DNA of 62,351 nucleotides, the filler included, from Bdellovibrionota bacterium (GTDB taxonomy: Bacteria; Bdellovibrionota; Bdellovibrionia; Bdellovibrionales; JAEYZS01), in NCBI GenBank assembly GCA_963169515.1. It is 5 parts of 5 records of this genome, joined end to end, with 100 filler letters (N's around TTAATTAATTAA, not from the genome) between each part and the next. Parts side by side here need not be neighbours in the genome. Positions count along the whole stretch, not along the records: positions 1 to 22,204 come from CAUJEF010000044.1; 4 more parts are not named here. One strand, written 5' to 3'. The position numbers were made by a program, and so were the translations under genes. Positions 1-10,592 of the stretch are shown piece after piece. Numbering within the stretch: the first letter of the stretch is position 1; every line of letters starts with the position of its first letter. The notes beneath the pieces were generated by a model. It was not told the DNA's origin, ran no database searches, and saw only the letters and a program-made list of their open reading frames with translations.

Positions 1-803
1 TCAGCCCACATCTCGCGGGCCGCCCGAAACTTTGCTATTTCTTCAAAAAAATTATTATGAACATTAAAAAAGAAGCTTAGGCGGGGGGCAAAATGATCAA
101 CAGGAAGACCTTTGTCAAGGGCCGCTTGCACATAAGCAACCCCGTTTGCCAAGGTAAAGGCGATTTCCTGTGCGGCGGTCGATCCGGCTTCTCGAATATG
201 ATAGCCTGAAATACTGATGGTGTTCCAGTGAGGTACATTTTGGCCACAGTACTCAAAAATATCGGTAATGATTTTAAGCGAAGCCTCTGGGGGATAAATG
301 TAAGTTCCTCGCGCAATATATTCTTTCAAGATGTCATTTTGAATTGTCCCATTAAGCCGTTCAATAGGGACATCCTGTTTTTTTGCAACGGCGATATAAA
401 AGGCCAACAGAATGCTTGCGGTCGCGTTTATCGTCATCGAAGTTGAAACTCTATCAAGGGGAATTCCATTAAACAGCAACTCCATATCCTCTAGCGAGCT
501 TATTGCAACTCCAACTTTTCCAACCTCGCCGAGCGCCATGGCATGATCAGAATCATAGCCCATTTGTGTAGGCAGATCAAAAGCGACGCTAAGGCCTGTT
601 TGACCGTTTTTTAACAAAGAGTGATAGCGCCTGTTGCTCTCTTTTGCAGAACCAAATCCGGCATATTGGCGCATAGTCCACATTCGTCCGCGATACATAG
701 ACTCATAAACACCCCGAGTAAAGGGGAACTGTCCGGGAGGCGGATGCCCGTAGAAAGGTTTTATTTCTATGCCACTTGAAGTGGTGAAGTTTTTTTTACT
801 CAT
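1..803 (-). CDS. Methylmalonyl-CoA mutase, N-terminal substrate-binding subunit (runs off window start)
   Basis: Not in ORF track; manual translation from ATG at 803 gives [11 protein letters not shown]...[29 protein letters not shown]...[17 protein letters not shown]...[11 protein letters not shown]...[14 protein letters not shown] overlap with upstream gene. Confidence 0.95.
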   Translation of the reverse strand, partial: MSKKNFTTSSGIEIKPFYGHPPPGQFPFTRGVYESMYRGRMWTMRQYAGFGSAKESNRRYHSLLKNGQTGLSVAFDLPTQMGYDSDHAMALGEVGKVGVAISSLEDMELLFNGIPLDRVSTSMTINATASILLAFYIAVAKKQDVPIERLNGTIQNDILKEYIARGTYIYPPEASLKIITDIFEYCGQNVPHWNTISISGYHIREAGSTAAQEIAFTLANGVAYVQAALDKGLPVDHFAPRLSFFFNVHNNFFEEIAKFRAAREMWA

Positions 804-1333
804 ACGGTTGCCGAAGTGAAGGTGACAAGGGTTGCCCCTGACTCGACACTGTCACCCTTTTTTACAAGAATATCTTTTACAACGGCAGAATTTGATGCAC
901 GCATCTCATTTTCCATTTTCATGGCTTCCATTATAAGAACGGGGTCTCCTTCTTCTACGCGGTCGCCAATGTTAACAAGAATATCGACAATTTTCCCGGG
1001 CATTCCAGAAACAATTTTATCCCCGCCAGAAAGTGATTTCCCGCCCTTTAGGCTTTCGTGTAGCAGGCTTTCGTCGTTATAAATAGGAATATCACGAAAA
1101 GATCCACGCGTATAAACGGTGTAGTTTGTTCCGGAACCAACGACGTCGATCATGTAAGACGAATTTTCAAAAATAAAACTAATGGCACCGTCGAGAGACT
1201 TATAATGTTCTTTTGGTATATAATAAACGTCTTCCTTTTTATCTTTTTCTTGCAAGGTGACAACCCATTGATGTCTTTCGTCGAGGACATTAATAAAGTA
1301 AGTTAATCCTTTAAGCTTTGCTTCAAAATACAT
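800..1333 (-). CDS. Biotin carboxyl carrier protein of acyl-CoA (propionyl-CoA) carboxylase
   Basis: EAMKMENE biotinylation motif; operon context. Confidence 0.93.
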   Translation of the reverse strand: MYFEAKLKGLTYFINVLDERHQWVVTLQEKDKKEDVYYIPKEHYKSLDGAISFIFENSSYMIDVVGSGTNYTVYTRGSFRDIPIYNDESLLHESLKGGKSLSGGDKIVSGMPGKIVDILVNIGDRVEEGDPVLIMEAMKMENEMRASNSAVVKDILVKKGDSVESGATLVTFTSATV

Positions 1334-1336
1334 GAT

Positions 1337-2839
1337 TTATTCCCTTAAAGACATTTTTCTGCCTAAATTTTTCCAACGGCTTTCTTTGTCCAAATGCCAA
1401 ACGCCTTTTGTTTTGCGTTGACTGTAGGCTTCTATCGCGGCGGAAATAAGAAAAACTCGGTCATCCAAGTATTTAAAAATATCGCCAAGGTTTTTCATGT
1501 CCTTTTCGATAAACTGGGTTGTATAGCTTCCGTCCAAAAATTTGGGGTGGTTTAAAATCGATTTATGAAGAGGAATGTTTGTTTTAATTCCGGTTAAAGT
1601 GAACTCGTCAATTGCACGTTTCATCCGAATAATCGCTTCATTTCGGTCATGACCCCAAACAATAAGTTTTCCCACCATTGGGTCATAGTGAATTGGGACC
1701 TCATAAAAAGAATATGCGCAAGAATCCACGCGGATAAAGGGGCCCTGCGGATGGCGGCAGCGGCGAATTAATCCGGGACTCGGAATAAAGGTCACGGGGT
1801 CTTCCGCACAGATGCGTGCTTCGATAGCGTGTCCTTCTTGGTGGATCTGATTTTGTTTAAAGCTTAGCGCTCTTCCAAGGGAGACAAAAATTTGCTCTTG
1901 TACAAGATCTACGTTTGTTACCAACTCGGTTACCGGATGCTCGACTTGTAGACGAGTGTTCATTTCCATAAAGTAAAAATCTTTAGTCTCATTATCTAAA
2001 ATGAATTCAAATGTTCCTGCGCTGTAATACCCGATCGCTTTTGCCGCTTTTACAGCAATTGCTCCCATTTTTTCCCGAATGGTGGGAGGAACCGAGGGGC
2101 TAGGAGATTCTTCTATAACCTTTTGATGACGTCTCTGAACCGAACATTCTCTGTCATACAGGTGTACAATGTTTCCGTGCTTGTCCCCAAAAACTTGTAT
2201 TTCAATGTGTTTTGGACTTTGAATATACTTTTCAATATAAATAGTATCGTCAGAAAAAAAGTTTTTAGCCTCATTTTTTGCAGACCGAAGAGCTCCCTGA
2301 ATTTCACTTTCTTTGAAAACAAGGCGCATACCTTTTCCGCCGCCGCCAGCGGCGGCCTTTATCATTATAGGGTATCCGATTTTATTTGCGATTGCTTGAG
2401 CCTGCTCGGCGCTTTCAACCGGACCAGCGCCGGGAACGATGGGAACGCCGGCGCTTTCCATGGTTTGGCGAGCACGAAGTTTGTCACCCATCAGAGCAAT
2501 AGCATCTGGGGCCGGGCCAATAAAATCGATACCCTCGTCTTTCAATCTGGCGGCAAAATCTTCATTTTCACTCAAAAAACCGTATCCAGGATGGACGGCT
2601 TCGGCGCCGGATTTTTTGCAGGCAGCAATAATTTTATCTATGTTAAGGTAAGAGTCTTTGCTTGCGGCAGGGCCGATCTCGTAAGCTTCATCAGCCAGAA
2701 GAACGTGTAGCCCTTCGCGATCGGCCTCACTAAATACCGCAACCGAGTTTATCCCTAAGTCGCGGCAGGCGCGAATTATGCGCAAGGCAATTTCGCCTCT
2801 GTTTGCAATCAAAACTTTTTTGTACATTTGTCGTTCCAT
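1337..2839 (-). CDS. Biotin carboxylase subunit of acetyl/propionyl-CoA carboxylase
   Basis: KVLIANRGEIA, HPGYGFLSEN, GGGGKGMR, RECSVQRRHQK, EMNTRLQVEH. Confidence 0.95.
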   Translation of the reverse strand: MERQMYKKVLIANRGEIALRIIRACRDLGINSVAVFSEADREGLHVLLADEAYEIGPAASKDSYLNIDKIIAACKKSGAEAVHPGYGFLSENEDFAARLKDEGIDFIGPAPDAIALMGDKLRARQTMESAGVPIVPGAGPVESAEQAQAIANKIGYPIMIKAAAGGGGKGMRLVFKESEIQGALRSAKNEAKNFFSDDTIYIEKYIQSPKHIEIQVFGDKHGNIVHLYDRECSVQRRHQKVIEESPSPSVPPTIREKMGAIAVKAAKAIGYYSAGTFEFILDNETKDFYFMEMNTRLQVEHPVTELVTNVDLVQEQIFVSLGRALSFKQNQIHQEGHAIEARICAEDPVTFIPSPGLIRRCRHPQGPFIRVDSCAYSFYEVPIHYDPMVGKLIVWGHDRNEAIIRMKRAIDEFTLTGIKTNIPLHKSILNHPKFLDGSYTTQFIEKDMKNLGDIFKYLDDRVFLISAAIEAYSQRKTKGVWHLDKESRWKNLGRKMSLRE

Positions 2840-2875
2840 AATTAAAACCAGTGTGCTCCGAGCAAGGTTGTTACA

Positions 2876-4453
2876 TCACAGCGGTATGTTCCCGTGCTTT
2901 TTGGGTGGCATCCAATCGCGTTTATTTTTTAACATTTCAAGCGATTCTATGATGCGCTTTCGCGTTAAAGACGGCTCGATTACTTCGTCGATGTAACCAA
3001 GCTCAGCCGCCCGGTAAGGATTCGCGAAGGTTTTTTGGTAGTCTTCAGTCAAAGCGGCGCGCTCCTTGTTTGGATCTTTTGAGTTCTTAATTTTATCGCG
3101 GAAAATAATATTTACGGCCCCGTCTGCGCCCATAACGGCAATTTCTGCCGAAGGATATGCAAGATTAATATCGGCACGTAAATGTTTTGATGCCATGACG
3201 TCGTATGCCCCGCCATACGCTTTACGAGTAATGATTGTAATTTTGGGAACGGTCGCCTCGGCGTATGCATATAATAGCTTGGCGCCGTGAGTGATAATTC
3301 CATTCCACTCTTGATCTGTTCCTGGCAAAAATCCCGGAACGTCAACAAAGGTGATTAGAGGAATGTTGAAGGCATCACAAAAACGAACAAACCGCGCAGC
3401 TTTTTTGCTTGCATCGATATTTAAGCAACCGGCAAGCACACTGGGCTGGTTGGCAACTATTCCAACGGGGCGGCCGTTGAATCTTGAAAATCCAACAATT
3501 ACATTTTGTGCATAAAATTCGTGAATTTCTAAAAAATAACCCTCGTCAACCGTATACTTGATAATGTCTTTCATGTTGTAAGGTTTTTTGGGGCTGTCTG
3601 GAATAACGCTGTTTAATTTTTCTTCTATTCGATCTGGAGAATCGTTTGTTTCTATCGTGGGCGGATCATCGTTGTTATTTCCTGGCAAAAAATTTAACAG
3701 CTCCCGAATGAGCAGAAGACACTGTTTGTCTGTGTCGGCCGCGAAGTGCGCAACTCCTGATTTTGTTGCGTGTGTTAGCGCTCCCCCCAGGGTCTCTTTG
3801 GTTACGTCCTCGTGAGTTACGGCCTTAATGACGTCTGGGCCTGTTACAAACATATAGCTCGTGTCCTTTACCATGAAGATAAAGTCTGTAATGGATGGGC
3901 TGTAAACGGCCCCCCCTGCGCACGGGCCCATAATCGCGCTGATTTGCGGGACCACGCCAGACGCCAAGGTGTTTCTTAGAAAAATGTCTGCATATCCGCC
4001 AAGGGCCTCAACACCCTCTTGAATGCGGGCACCGCCGGAGTCGTTTAATCCGATAACGGGACATCCATTTTTAACAGCAAGATCTAATAATTTGCAAATT
4101 TTCTTTGCTTGTGTTCCAGAAAGGGATCCGCCAAACACGGTAAAATCTTGGCTGTAAACATAAACGACTTTTCCGTTAACGCGGCCGAAGCCAGTGATTA
4201 CGCCATCACCAGGGACCTTATTCTTTTCCATTTCGAAATTTGTACAACGATGTGTTGCAAATCTATCAAGCTCAACAAAGGTGCCAGGATCTAATAGTAC
4301 ATCGATGCGTTCGCGTGCCGTAAGGCGGCCGCCTTGTTTGTGCTTGGTGATCCTGTCTGCGCCACCGCCGCGATAAGCCGCCTCGTTTTTTTGCTGAAGC
4401 TCCAGGAGCTTTAGTTGGATATTTGGATTTGTCGTCTCGCCATTCATACTCAT
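2876..4453 (-). CDS. pccB: Propionyl-CoA carboxylase beta (carboxyltransferase) subunit
   Basis: [37 protein letters not shown]; start chosen at ATG 4453 behind AAGGAG. Confidence 0.93.
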   Translation of the reverse strand: MSMNGETTNPNIQLKLLELQQKNEAAYRGGGADRITKHKQGGRLTARERIDVLLDPGTFVELDRFATHRCTNFEMEKNKVPGDGVITGFGRVNGKVVYVYSQDFTVFGGSLSGTQAKKICKLLDLAVKNGCPVIGLNDSGGARIQEGVEALGGYADIFLRNTLASGVVPQISAIMGPCAGGAVYSPSITDFIFMVKDTSYMFVTGPDVIKAVTHEDVTKETLGGALTHATKSGVAHFAADTDKQCLLLIRELLNFLPGNNNDDPPTIETNDSPDRIEEKLNSVIPDSPKKPYNMKDIIKYTVDEGYFLEIHEFYAQNVIVGFSRFNGRPVGIVANQPSVLAGCLNIDASKKAARFVRFCDAFNIPLITFVDVPGFLPGTDQEWNGIITHGAKLLYAYAEATVPKITIITRKAYGGAYDVMASKHLRADINLAYPSAEIAVMGADGAVNIIFRDKIKNSKDPNKERAALTEDYQKTFANPYRAAELGYIDEVIEPSLTRKRIIESLEMLKNKRDWMPPKKHGNIPL

Positions 4454-4474
4454 AAGGGGTCGCACTCCTTCGTA

Positions 4475-5764
4475 TTAGGGATACAGTCGGCCATACAGGC
4501 GGGGGAACGGGATTGTTTCTCGTACGTGTTCTAGGCCACAGATCCACGCAACGGTTCTTTCAATTCCCAGGCCGAATCCCGCGTGTTGAAAGCTGCCGTA
4601 TCGGCGCAAGTCCAAGTACCATTCAAACGCGGATTGCGGAAGATTGTGTTCCTGTAGTTTTTTTAGCAATATATCCAAATTGTCTTCTCGTTGGCCGCCA
4701 CCAATAATTTCTCCATACCCCTCTGTTGCAAGCAAGTCGCAGCTCATGCTGTATTCCGGCTCGGTCGCATCTTCTTTCATGTAAAAAGCTTTGATCGCCG
4801 TTGGGAAGTGGTGAACAAAAACAGGTTTATCAAACTGGGAACTAATCAGCGTTTCATCAGGGGCGCCAAAATCTCCGCCAACCTCAAACTGCGGATTTCC
4901 TTTTAAAATTATTTCGACAGCTTCTTTGTAATGAAGGCGGGGAAATGGAGCGCGGACTTTCTTAAGAACTTCTGTGTTCCTCTCTATGACTTTGAACTCT
5001 TCTTCGCGCTCACGCAAAGTGTTTTGGACGACATACTCTACAAATTGTTCAGCCAACTCCATATTGTCATACAAATCGTTGAAAGCCACCTCGGGTTCAA
5101 CCATCCAAAACTCGATAAGATGTCTGCGCGTTTTCGATTTTTCTGCTCGAAAGGTTGGACCAAAGCAATAAACTTTCCCTAGGGCGGCGGCTCCGGCCTC
5201 GCTATAAAGCTGGCCAGATTGAGACAGGAACGCCTTGTCGTCGAAATATTGCGTTTGAAACAAGGTTGTCGTTCCTTCACACGCATTGGGCGTAAAGATT
5301 GGAGCGTCCATCAACGTAAATCCGCGACCATCAAAAAAGTCTCGAATGGATTTTATAATTGTGTGGCGGATGCGCATGATCGCATGCTGACGTTTGGACC
5401 GTAACCATAGATGACGGTTGTTCATCAAAAAATCTACGCCATGTTCTTTGGGGCTGATGGGGTAGTCTTGTGCAATTGAAATAATTTCGAAAGCTTCGGC
5501 GCTCAACTCAAAGCCGCCGGGACTTCTTTTTTCTTCCCGAACCTTGCCGCGAACAAGAACGGAGGTTTCTTGTGTGAGCTTTTCGAAGTTATCAAAAGAA
5601 GCTTCGCTGCATTCGCCCTTAAAAAAAACGCATTGGCACATTCCCGTTCCATCTCTAAGTAAAAGAAATTTGATTTTTCCGCTAGATCTTGAGTTGTAAA
5701 CCCAGCCCTGTAATTCAACGGTCTGCCCAACGTGATTTTTAAGATCAGAAATATAGGTTCTCAT
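4475..5764 (-). CDS. asnS: Asparagine--tRNA ligase
   Basis: OB fold, [32 protein letters not shown]. Confidence 0.95.
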   Translation of the reverse strand: MRTYISDLKNHVGQTVELQGWVYNSRSSGKIKFLLLRDGTGMCQCVFFKGECSEASFDNFEKLTQETSVLVRGKVREEKRSPGGFELSAEAFEIISIAQDYPISPKEHGVDFLMNNRHLWLRSKRQHAIMRIRHTIIKSIRDFFDGRGFTLMDAPIFTPNACEGTTTLFQTQYFDDKAFLSQSGQLYSEAGAAALGKVYCFGPTFRAEKSKTRRHLIEFWMVEPEVAFNDLYDNMELAEQFVEYVVQNTLREREEEFKVIERNTEVLKKVRAPFPRLHYKEAVEIILKGNPQFEVGGDFGAPDETLISSQFDKPVFVHHFPTAIKAFYMKEDATEPEYSMSCDLLATEGYGEIIGGGQREDNLDILLKKLQEHNLPQSAFEWYLDLRRYGSFQHAGFGLGIERTVAWICGLEHVRETIPFPRLYGRLYP

Positions 5765-5887
5765 AAAAATTCCCTAGGGATTATTAAATGACCTAAGTTG
5801 TTTAAAGTTAAACCAAATTTCTTAACACGCAGGGGTAATGCAAGACACCTATAACACCCAGCAACACGGGCCAAAAGGTCAAAACGA

Positions 5888-7087
5888 TTAGTTTAACAAA
5901 GACAGTGAGTTCGGGACATTCAATTGCCCCCGAGTTTGCACATCATAAAAACCTTGAATGACCCCGGACAAAATTGAGTTTTTGATCTCCATTGCGCTTG
6001 CGGTGGGTTTTGCACTCCACAATAAGGCAGCGACGCCAGAAACAAACGGAGTGGCCATGCTTGTCCCACTCATAGTTTGAAAGCCGTTTCCGTTATACGT
6101 ACTATACACGTCGCTCCCTGGAGCAACGAGATCTACTAGGGGGCCGTAATTCGAAAAAGCGGCGAGGTAATTGCTTGCCGTTGAGGCGCCGACGGTTAAT
6201 TGTTTTGGGAGATCAAAGGCCGCTGGAAATTCAGGATAATACGAAATATTGTGGGCAGAGTTTCCGGCCGCGGATATAAAAAGAATGTCCGAAGTTTCTA
6301 AGTCTTTTATTGCAGACAATAAGGAAGCAGAGCAAGTTTCTCCGCCCCAGCTTGCATTTATAATTTTTGCGCCCATCTGGGCGGCATACTGTAACGATTC
6401 AATTGCATCGCTCGCAGAACCACCATCAGTTCCCATAAAATCAAGGGGCAATATTCTTGCGGCGGGGGCTACGCCGAGAGACCGTGAGCTTGTGTGTTGA
6501 GAGGCAATAATCCCAGACACATGTGTGCCATGTCCAACTTCGTCGTTGTTGATGGGTGAATTATCAGCAAAGTTCCATCCGTTAATATCGTCTATATACC
6601 CGTTGTGGTCGTCGTCTACGCCTGGTTGCCCCGCCCGTTCGGGCTGATTTATGAAAATATTTTTGTTTAAAAGATAATGGTTTGTCTCAACCCCAGAATC
6701 AACGACAGCAACAATGATGTTTTGTCCTAAGATATTTCTGTCCCACGCGTACTTGGCATTTATTTTGTCTTGACCCCAATCTGTTGCGGAACCAGACGAG
6801 GCGATGCTTTGAGGCTCTATGGGGAGAGAAATGATTAGTTTTTGATCTTGTTCAACAAACTCGAGGTCATCAACATTGGGTCGGACAAAGTTTTCTATTA
6901 GCTCTTCGCGATCACGGGCAAAGACGGTTGAGAATTTTCCGGTCTTCCAGCGGACGAGGTACTGCCTTGGGATTGCTGTGCCCTCGCATTCAGGTTTTGT
7001 AATAAAAGTCTTCTGGTTCGCGCTGTCAATCTTCTGGTTACATGCCGTAAGCAGAAGCAAGGCCACGGGTAAAAATCCTTTTGTCAT
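5888..7087 (-). CDS. S8 subtilisin-family serine peptidase, probable lipoprotein
   Basis: VAVVDSG, HGTHVSG, SGTSMATP catalytic triad; LLLTAC lipobox when started at ATG 7087. Confidence 0.92.
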   Translation of the reverse strand: MTKGFLPVALLLLTACNQKIDSANQKTFITKPECEGTAIPRQYLVRWKTGKFSTVFARDREELIENFVRPNVDDLEFVEQDQKLIISLPIEPQSIASSGSATDWGQDKINAKYAWDRNILGQNIIVAVVDSGVETNHYLLNKNIFINQPERAGQPGVDDDHNGYIDDINGWNFADNSPINNDEVGHGTHVSGIIASQHTSSRSLGVAPAARILPLDFMGTDGGSASDAIESLQYAAQMGAKIINASWGGETCSASLLSAIKDLETSDILFISAAGNSAHNISYYPEFPAAFDLPKQLTVGASTASNYLAAFSNYGPLVDLVAPGSDVYSTYNGNGFQTMSGTSMATPFVSGVAALLWSAKPTASAMEIKNSILSGVIQGFYDVQTRGQLNVPNSLSLLN

Positions 7088-7282
7088 TGCAAGCCCCCCA
7101 ATCCATGGACACCCACACATACTGTTTCGGCAAAAATTGCCTATTTCTGAGACGAACAAGACTGTGCGAAGGTCTAGATTTTGTTTGCGCGGCAGGAGGG
7201 TAAAAAATTCATGGGACGGCGAAAGAGGTCGATATCTCACAGTCATTGTCCTATTGTCGGCAAAAAAAAAGAGGGTTTGGAT

Positions 7283-7651
7283 ATGAAAACAATTAGCATT
7301 ACGTTGCTGTTCTTATTTGTTGGCTCAGTTTCGCCTGCAAATGAACCGTTCAGCCTTGGAATGGCAATTCAGCATGGTTGCAATGTAAATGGCCCAGCAA
7401 AGGAATTTGCAGAATGCCAATTTAACGAAGCAAAGATGAGCGCTCCCGGGGTAGTCGTATTTGGACTTTATAAGGGGATCGTTTGGATTGGTGACAATTC
7501 GATTGTGCTTGTGAAAAGGATTGCGGGCTCAGACAAAATTGAAGCGAGAGAGATCGCCGAGGCAGAGGCCGAACAAGCGGCAAAACAGTATCCTGTGGGG
7601 ACCGCCCCCAGCGGCGTGTTTAGTCACATACTTCTGCAGTACTCCCCTTAG
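7283..7651 (+). CDS. Hypothetical secreted protein
   Basis: GAGG before ATG 7283; signal-peptide-like N-terminus. Confidence 0.6.
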   Translation: MKTISITLLFLFVGSVSPANEPFSLGMAIQHGCNVNGPAKEFAECQFNEAKMSAPGVVVFGLYKGIVWIGDNSIVLVKRIAGSDKIEAREIAEAEAEQAAKQYPVGTAPSGVFSHILLQYSP

Positions 7652-8478
7652 TTTTTGTAGGCTTTTGCAAACCCCTGAAGAGCGGCAATAAACTGCTTTT
7701 CAACAGCCCGTGCGTTCCCAGTTACTTCTTTGTGACTGAGTGGTGCTTTCTGAAGGCCCGCAGCGGCATTTGTAATGCAAGACATACCCACGCATTTTAC
7801 GCTCATGTGACGAAGGGCAATGACTTCATTTACGGTGCTCATCCCGGCGGCCCCGGCCCCAATTCGTTTCAAATATCTTACTTCAGCTGGAGTTTCGTAA
7901 GTTGGCCCAGAGAGGCCTGCGTACACGCCTTTTTTGTGGCTGATTTTGTTTTTGTCTAAAACTTGAGTGAGGAGTTTTGTGAGTTTTCTGTCATAGGCTT
8001 CAGACATATCTGGGAATCGCGGGCCAAGTTCGTCTGCGTTTGGCCCCGAGAGGGCATTTGTTCCAGATAAATTAATTTGATCAGTAATAACCATAAATCC
8101 AGGGACCTTCATTTTCAATATACCGCCAGCCGCATTGGTTAAAAAAACGGTCTCTACTCCGAGGCTTGCAAGCGCTCTAACGGGGTAAACGACCTGCTCA
8201 ACAGAGTGTCCTTCGTAAGCGTGAAGGCGACCTTTTAAAACAGCGACAGGGAGCCTTCCAATATTTCCTAAAACCAAAGCGCCGTGGTGGCCTGAGATCG
8301 AAGGAGAGTGAAAATAAGGAATATGCGAATAAGGAATGGCCACAGAATTTTCAATTGTATCTGCGAAATGTCCCAGGCCAGAGCCCAAAACAAATCCCAG
8401 GCGGGGTTTTATATCAGACACAGAGCGAATATATTTTTTTGTTTCACTTAATTTTTGTACTAATGAATTCGTTTCCAT
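7648..8478 (-). CDS. punA: Purine nucleoside phosphorylase (trimeric type)
   Basis: LGSGLG, GRLHAYEG, TNAAGG, GPTYETPAE, GMST. Confidence 0.93.
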   Translation of the reverse strand: METNSLVQKLSETKKYIRSVSDIKPRLGFVLGSGLGHFADTIENSVAIPYSHIPYFHSPSISGHHGALVLGNIGRLPVAVLKGRLHAYEGHSVEQVVYPVRALASLGVETVFLTNAAGGILKMKVPGFMVITDQINLSGTNALSGPNADELGPRFPDMSEAYDRKLTKLLTQVLDKNKISHKKGVYAGLSGPTYETPAEVRYLKRIGAGAAGMSTVNEVIALRHMSVKCVGMSCITNAAAGLQKAPLSHKEVTGNARAVEKQFIAALQGFAKAYKN

Positions 8479-9761
8479 AACAGAGTCTCCGGGGGCGGTG
8501 GGGTTGTCGTAATTTTAATAGAATTTAAAAGACGCTCTTTTGCCTCTGAGAAATTTTTTGTCTCATGGCTGTAAAGTGTCCAAAGAGGCTCGCCCTTTTC
8601 AATCGGGTCGCCAACTTTCTTGTGAACTTTAAATCCCGCAACGGGATTTACGACGTCAGTCGAGCGCCGCCTGCCAGCGCCAAGAACTACGTTTGCATTG
8701 CCCGCTTCTTTTGTATTTATTGCGGAAACATAGCCAGACGCAGGGCTGAGTACGTCTTGTGACTGTGGGGGAATAGGAAGATTTTTTATTTGGCCACCTT
8801 GGGCAAAAACCATTTCTTGGAACTTTTCATGGGCGGCGCCACTTTCGAGCATATTCGCCGCAAGCATTTTCCCCTCGGCAAATGTCTTTGTTCGATTGAC
8901 ATTAACGTACATTTCAGAGGCGAGTTCAAAGGTTAAATCAATTGTGTCCGAGTAGTCCTGGTGATTTTCATTTCTTAGAATTTCAAGACACTCTTGAATT
9001 TCAACAGAGTTGCCAGCATAACGACCTAAGGGTTGGTTCATGTTCGTTATTAAGGCCGTAACCTTTTTGTCAAACCGCCGCCCTACCAAAATTAATAACG
9101 AGGCAAGATCTTCTGCAAGATCAGTCGTTCCCATAAAGGCGCCACTACCGTATTTAATGTCCAAAACCAATGCTCCCATGCCCTCAGCAATTTTTTTTGA
9201 CATAATACTGGCACAGATAAGCGGGATGGAATCGATGGTGCCTGTCACATCGCGAAGGGCGTACATTTTTTTGTCCGCCGGACACAAATCACCTGTTTGG
9301 CCAATAATACAGAGCTTATTTTTTTTCACGACAGATTTAAATTCTTCCAAAGGAAGCTCGGCATTGAAGCCAGGGATACTTTCGAGTTTATCAACGGTGC
9401 CGCCAGTGTGGCCCAAACTTCGGCCAGCCATCATGGGGACACCGATGCCCGCGGCGGCAACAATCGGCCCTACGAGCAAGCTGGTTTTATCCCCAACGCC
9501 ACCCGTAGAATGTTTATCCACGGTTGGGAACGGGAGATCAGAAAAATCAATCGTCTTTCCGGAGCGCACAATTTCTTTTGTCAAAAGATAGGCCTCTTCA
9601 GAGTCAAGGCCATTTAAAAGCGAGGCCATTAACCAGGAGGCCATTTGATAGTCAGGAATATTCCCGGCGGTATATTCACTAATTAGAAATTGTATTTCTT
9701 CAGGAGTGTGAGTTTTTTTTTGTTTTTTGTTCGAAATAATATCTGTAGCAAGAAAATGCAT
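8460..9761 (-). CDS. pdp: Pyrimidine-nucleoside/thymidine phosphorylase
   Basis: DKHSTGGVGDK, GRSLGHTGGTVDKLESIPG, SIMSKK. Confidence 0.93.
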   Translation of the reverse strand: MHFLATDIISNKKQKKTHTPEEIQFLISEYTAGNIPDYQMASWLMASLLNGLDSEEAYLLTKEIVRSGKTIDFSDLPFPTVDKHSTGGVGDKTSLLVGPIVAAAGIGVPMMAGRSLGHTGGTVDKLESIPGFNAELPLEEFKSVVKKNKLCIIGQTGDLCPADKKMYALRDVTGTIDSIPLICASIMSKKIAEGMGALVLDIKYGSGAFMGTTDLAEDLASLLILVGRRFDKKVTALITNMNQPLGRYAGNSVEIQECLEILRNENHQDYSDTIDLTFELASEMYVNVNRTKTFAEGKMLAANMLESGAAHEKFQEMVFAQGGQIKNLPIPPQSQDVLSPASGYVSAINTKEAGNANVVLGAGRRRSTDVVNPVAGFKVHKKVGDPIEKGEPLWTLYSHETKNFSEAKERLLNSIKITTTPPPPETLLWKRIH

Positions 9762-9798
9762 ATGCTTTCGCTCCGGTAATCGTTTAACATGGCTTAAT

Positions 9799-10068
9799 AT
9801 GAAGGCAAAGCATATTTTGGTAACGGGAAGGGTTCAAGGAGTTGGATATCGGCAGTTTGTTCGCTCTGAAGCCATCGAATATGGCCTAGTCGGGTGGGTG
9901 CGCAATCTGTCTGACGGCCGGGTTGAGGTTGAGGTGGCGGGAGATGAGAATGATCTTGCGGAGTTTATAAAGGGTTTAAAGAAGGGCCCGACGCGTTCCC
10001 GTGTGGAAAAATTAGAAATCACAGAAAAAATTGAATCTGTTGATTCTAATGAATTTATTATTCTATGA
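9799..10068 (+). CDS. acyP: Acylphosphatase
   Basis: GRVQGVGYR, GWVRNLSDGRVE. Confidence 0.93.
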   Translation: MKAKHILVTGRVQGVGYRQFVRSEAIEYGLVGWVRNLSDGRVEVEVAGDENDLAEFIKGLKKGPTRSRVEKLEITEKIESVDSNEFIIL

Positions 10069-10099
10069 TTAATATAGTCCGAAAGAGCAGAGAGGATTT

Positions 10100-10474
10100 A
10101 TGAGGAAAATGTTTTTAATTTTGTGCTTAGTAAGCTCGCTTGCCACGCAATCATTTGCGCAAACAAATGTTGCTGAAGAAAGGCCAAAGATTGGTCCGCG
10201 GAAACAACTTGCGACAATTGTTTTTGCCGGCCTCGGCGGTGCGGTTTTGGGCTTGAGCACACTCAGTTTTTACGGACGCCCTCAGGATAGACTGGGAAAT
10301 ATTGCGGTTGGATTTGCGGTCGGAATTATTATTGGAACAATCTATACGACATACAGCACGGCGAAGCGTCCCCCGACTTATTCTTCAATTTTTCCGGAGT
10401 ACCTAACAAATCAAAGGAAAAACGAACAGGGCGCCCCTCGCATTACGGCGGATCTTTTTTCATATCAATTTTAA
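10100..10474 (+). CDS. Hypothetical membrane protein (signal peptide plus two Gly-rich hydrophobic helices)
   Basis: AGAGGA RBS; hydrophobicity pattern. Confidence 0.75.
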   Translation: MRKMFLILCLVSSLATQSFAQTNVAEERPKIGPRKQLATIVFAGLGGAVLGLSTLSFYGRPQDRLGNIAVGFAVGIIIGTIYTTYSTAKRPPTYSSIFPEYLTNQRKNEQGAPRITADLFSYQF

Positions 10475-10592
10475 GCACACAAAACATTTTAAATACCTGA
10501 AATTATTACCACAAGGCGCGCCCGGCTATACAATGACGCAACTTATACTATAAGTGTTCTGTTTTCTCTGTGATCATGCGAAAGGAACAGAC

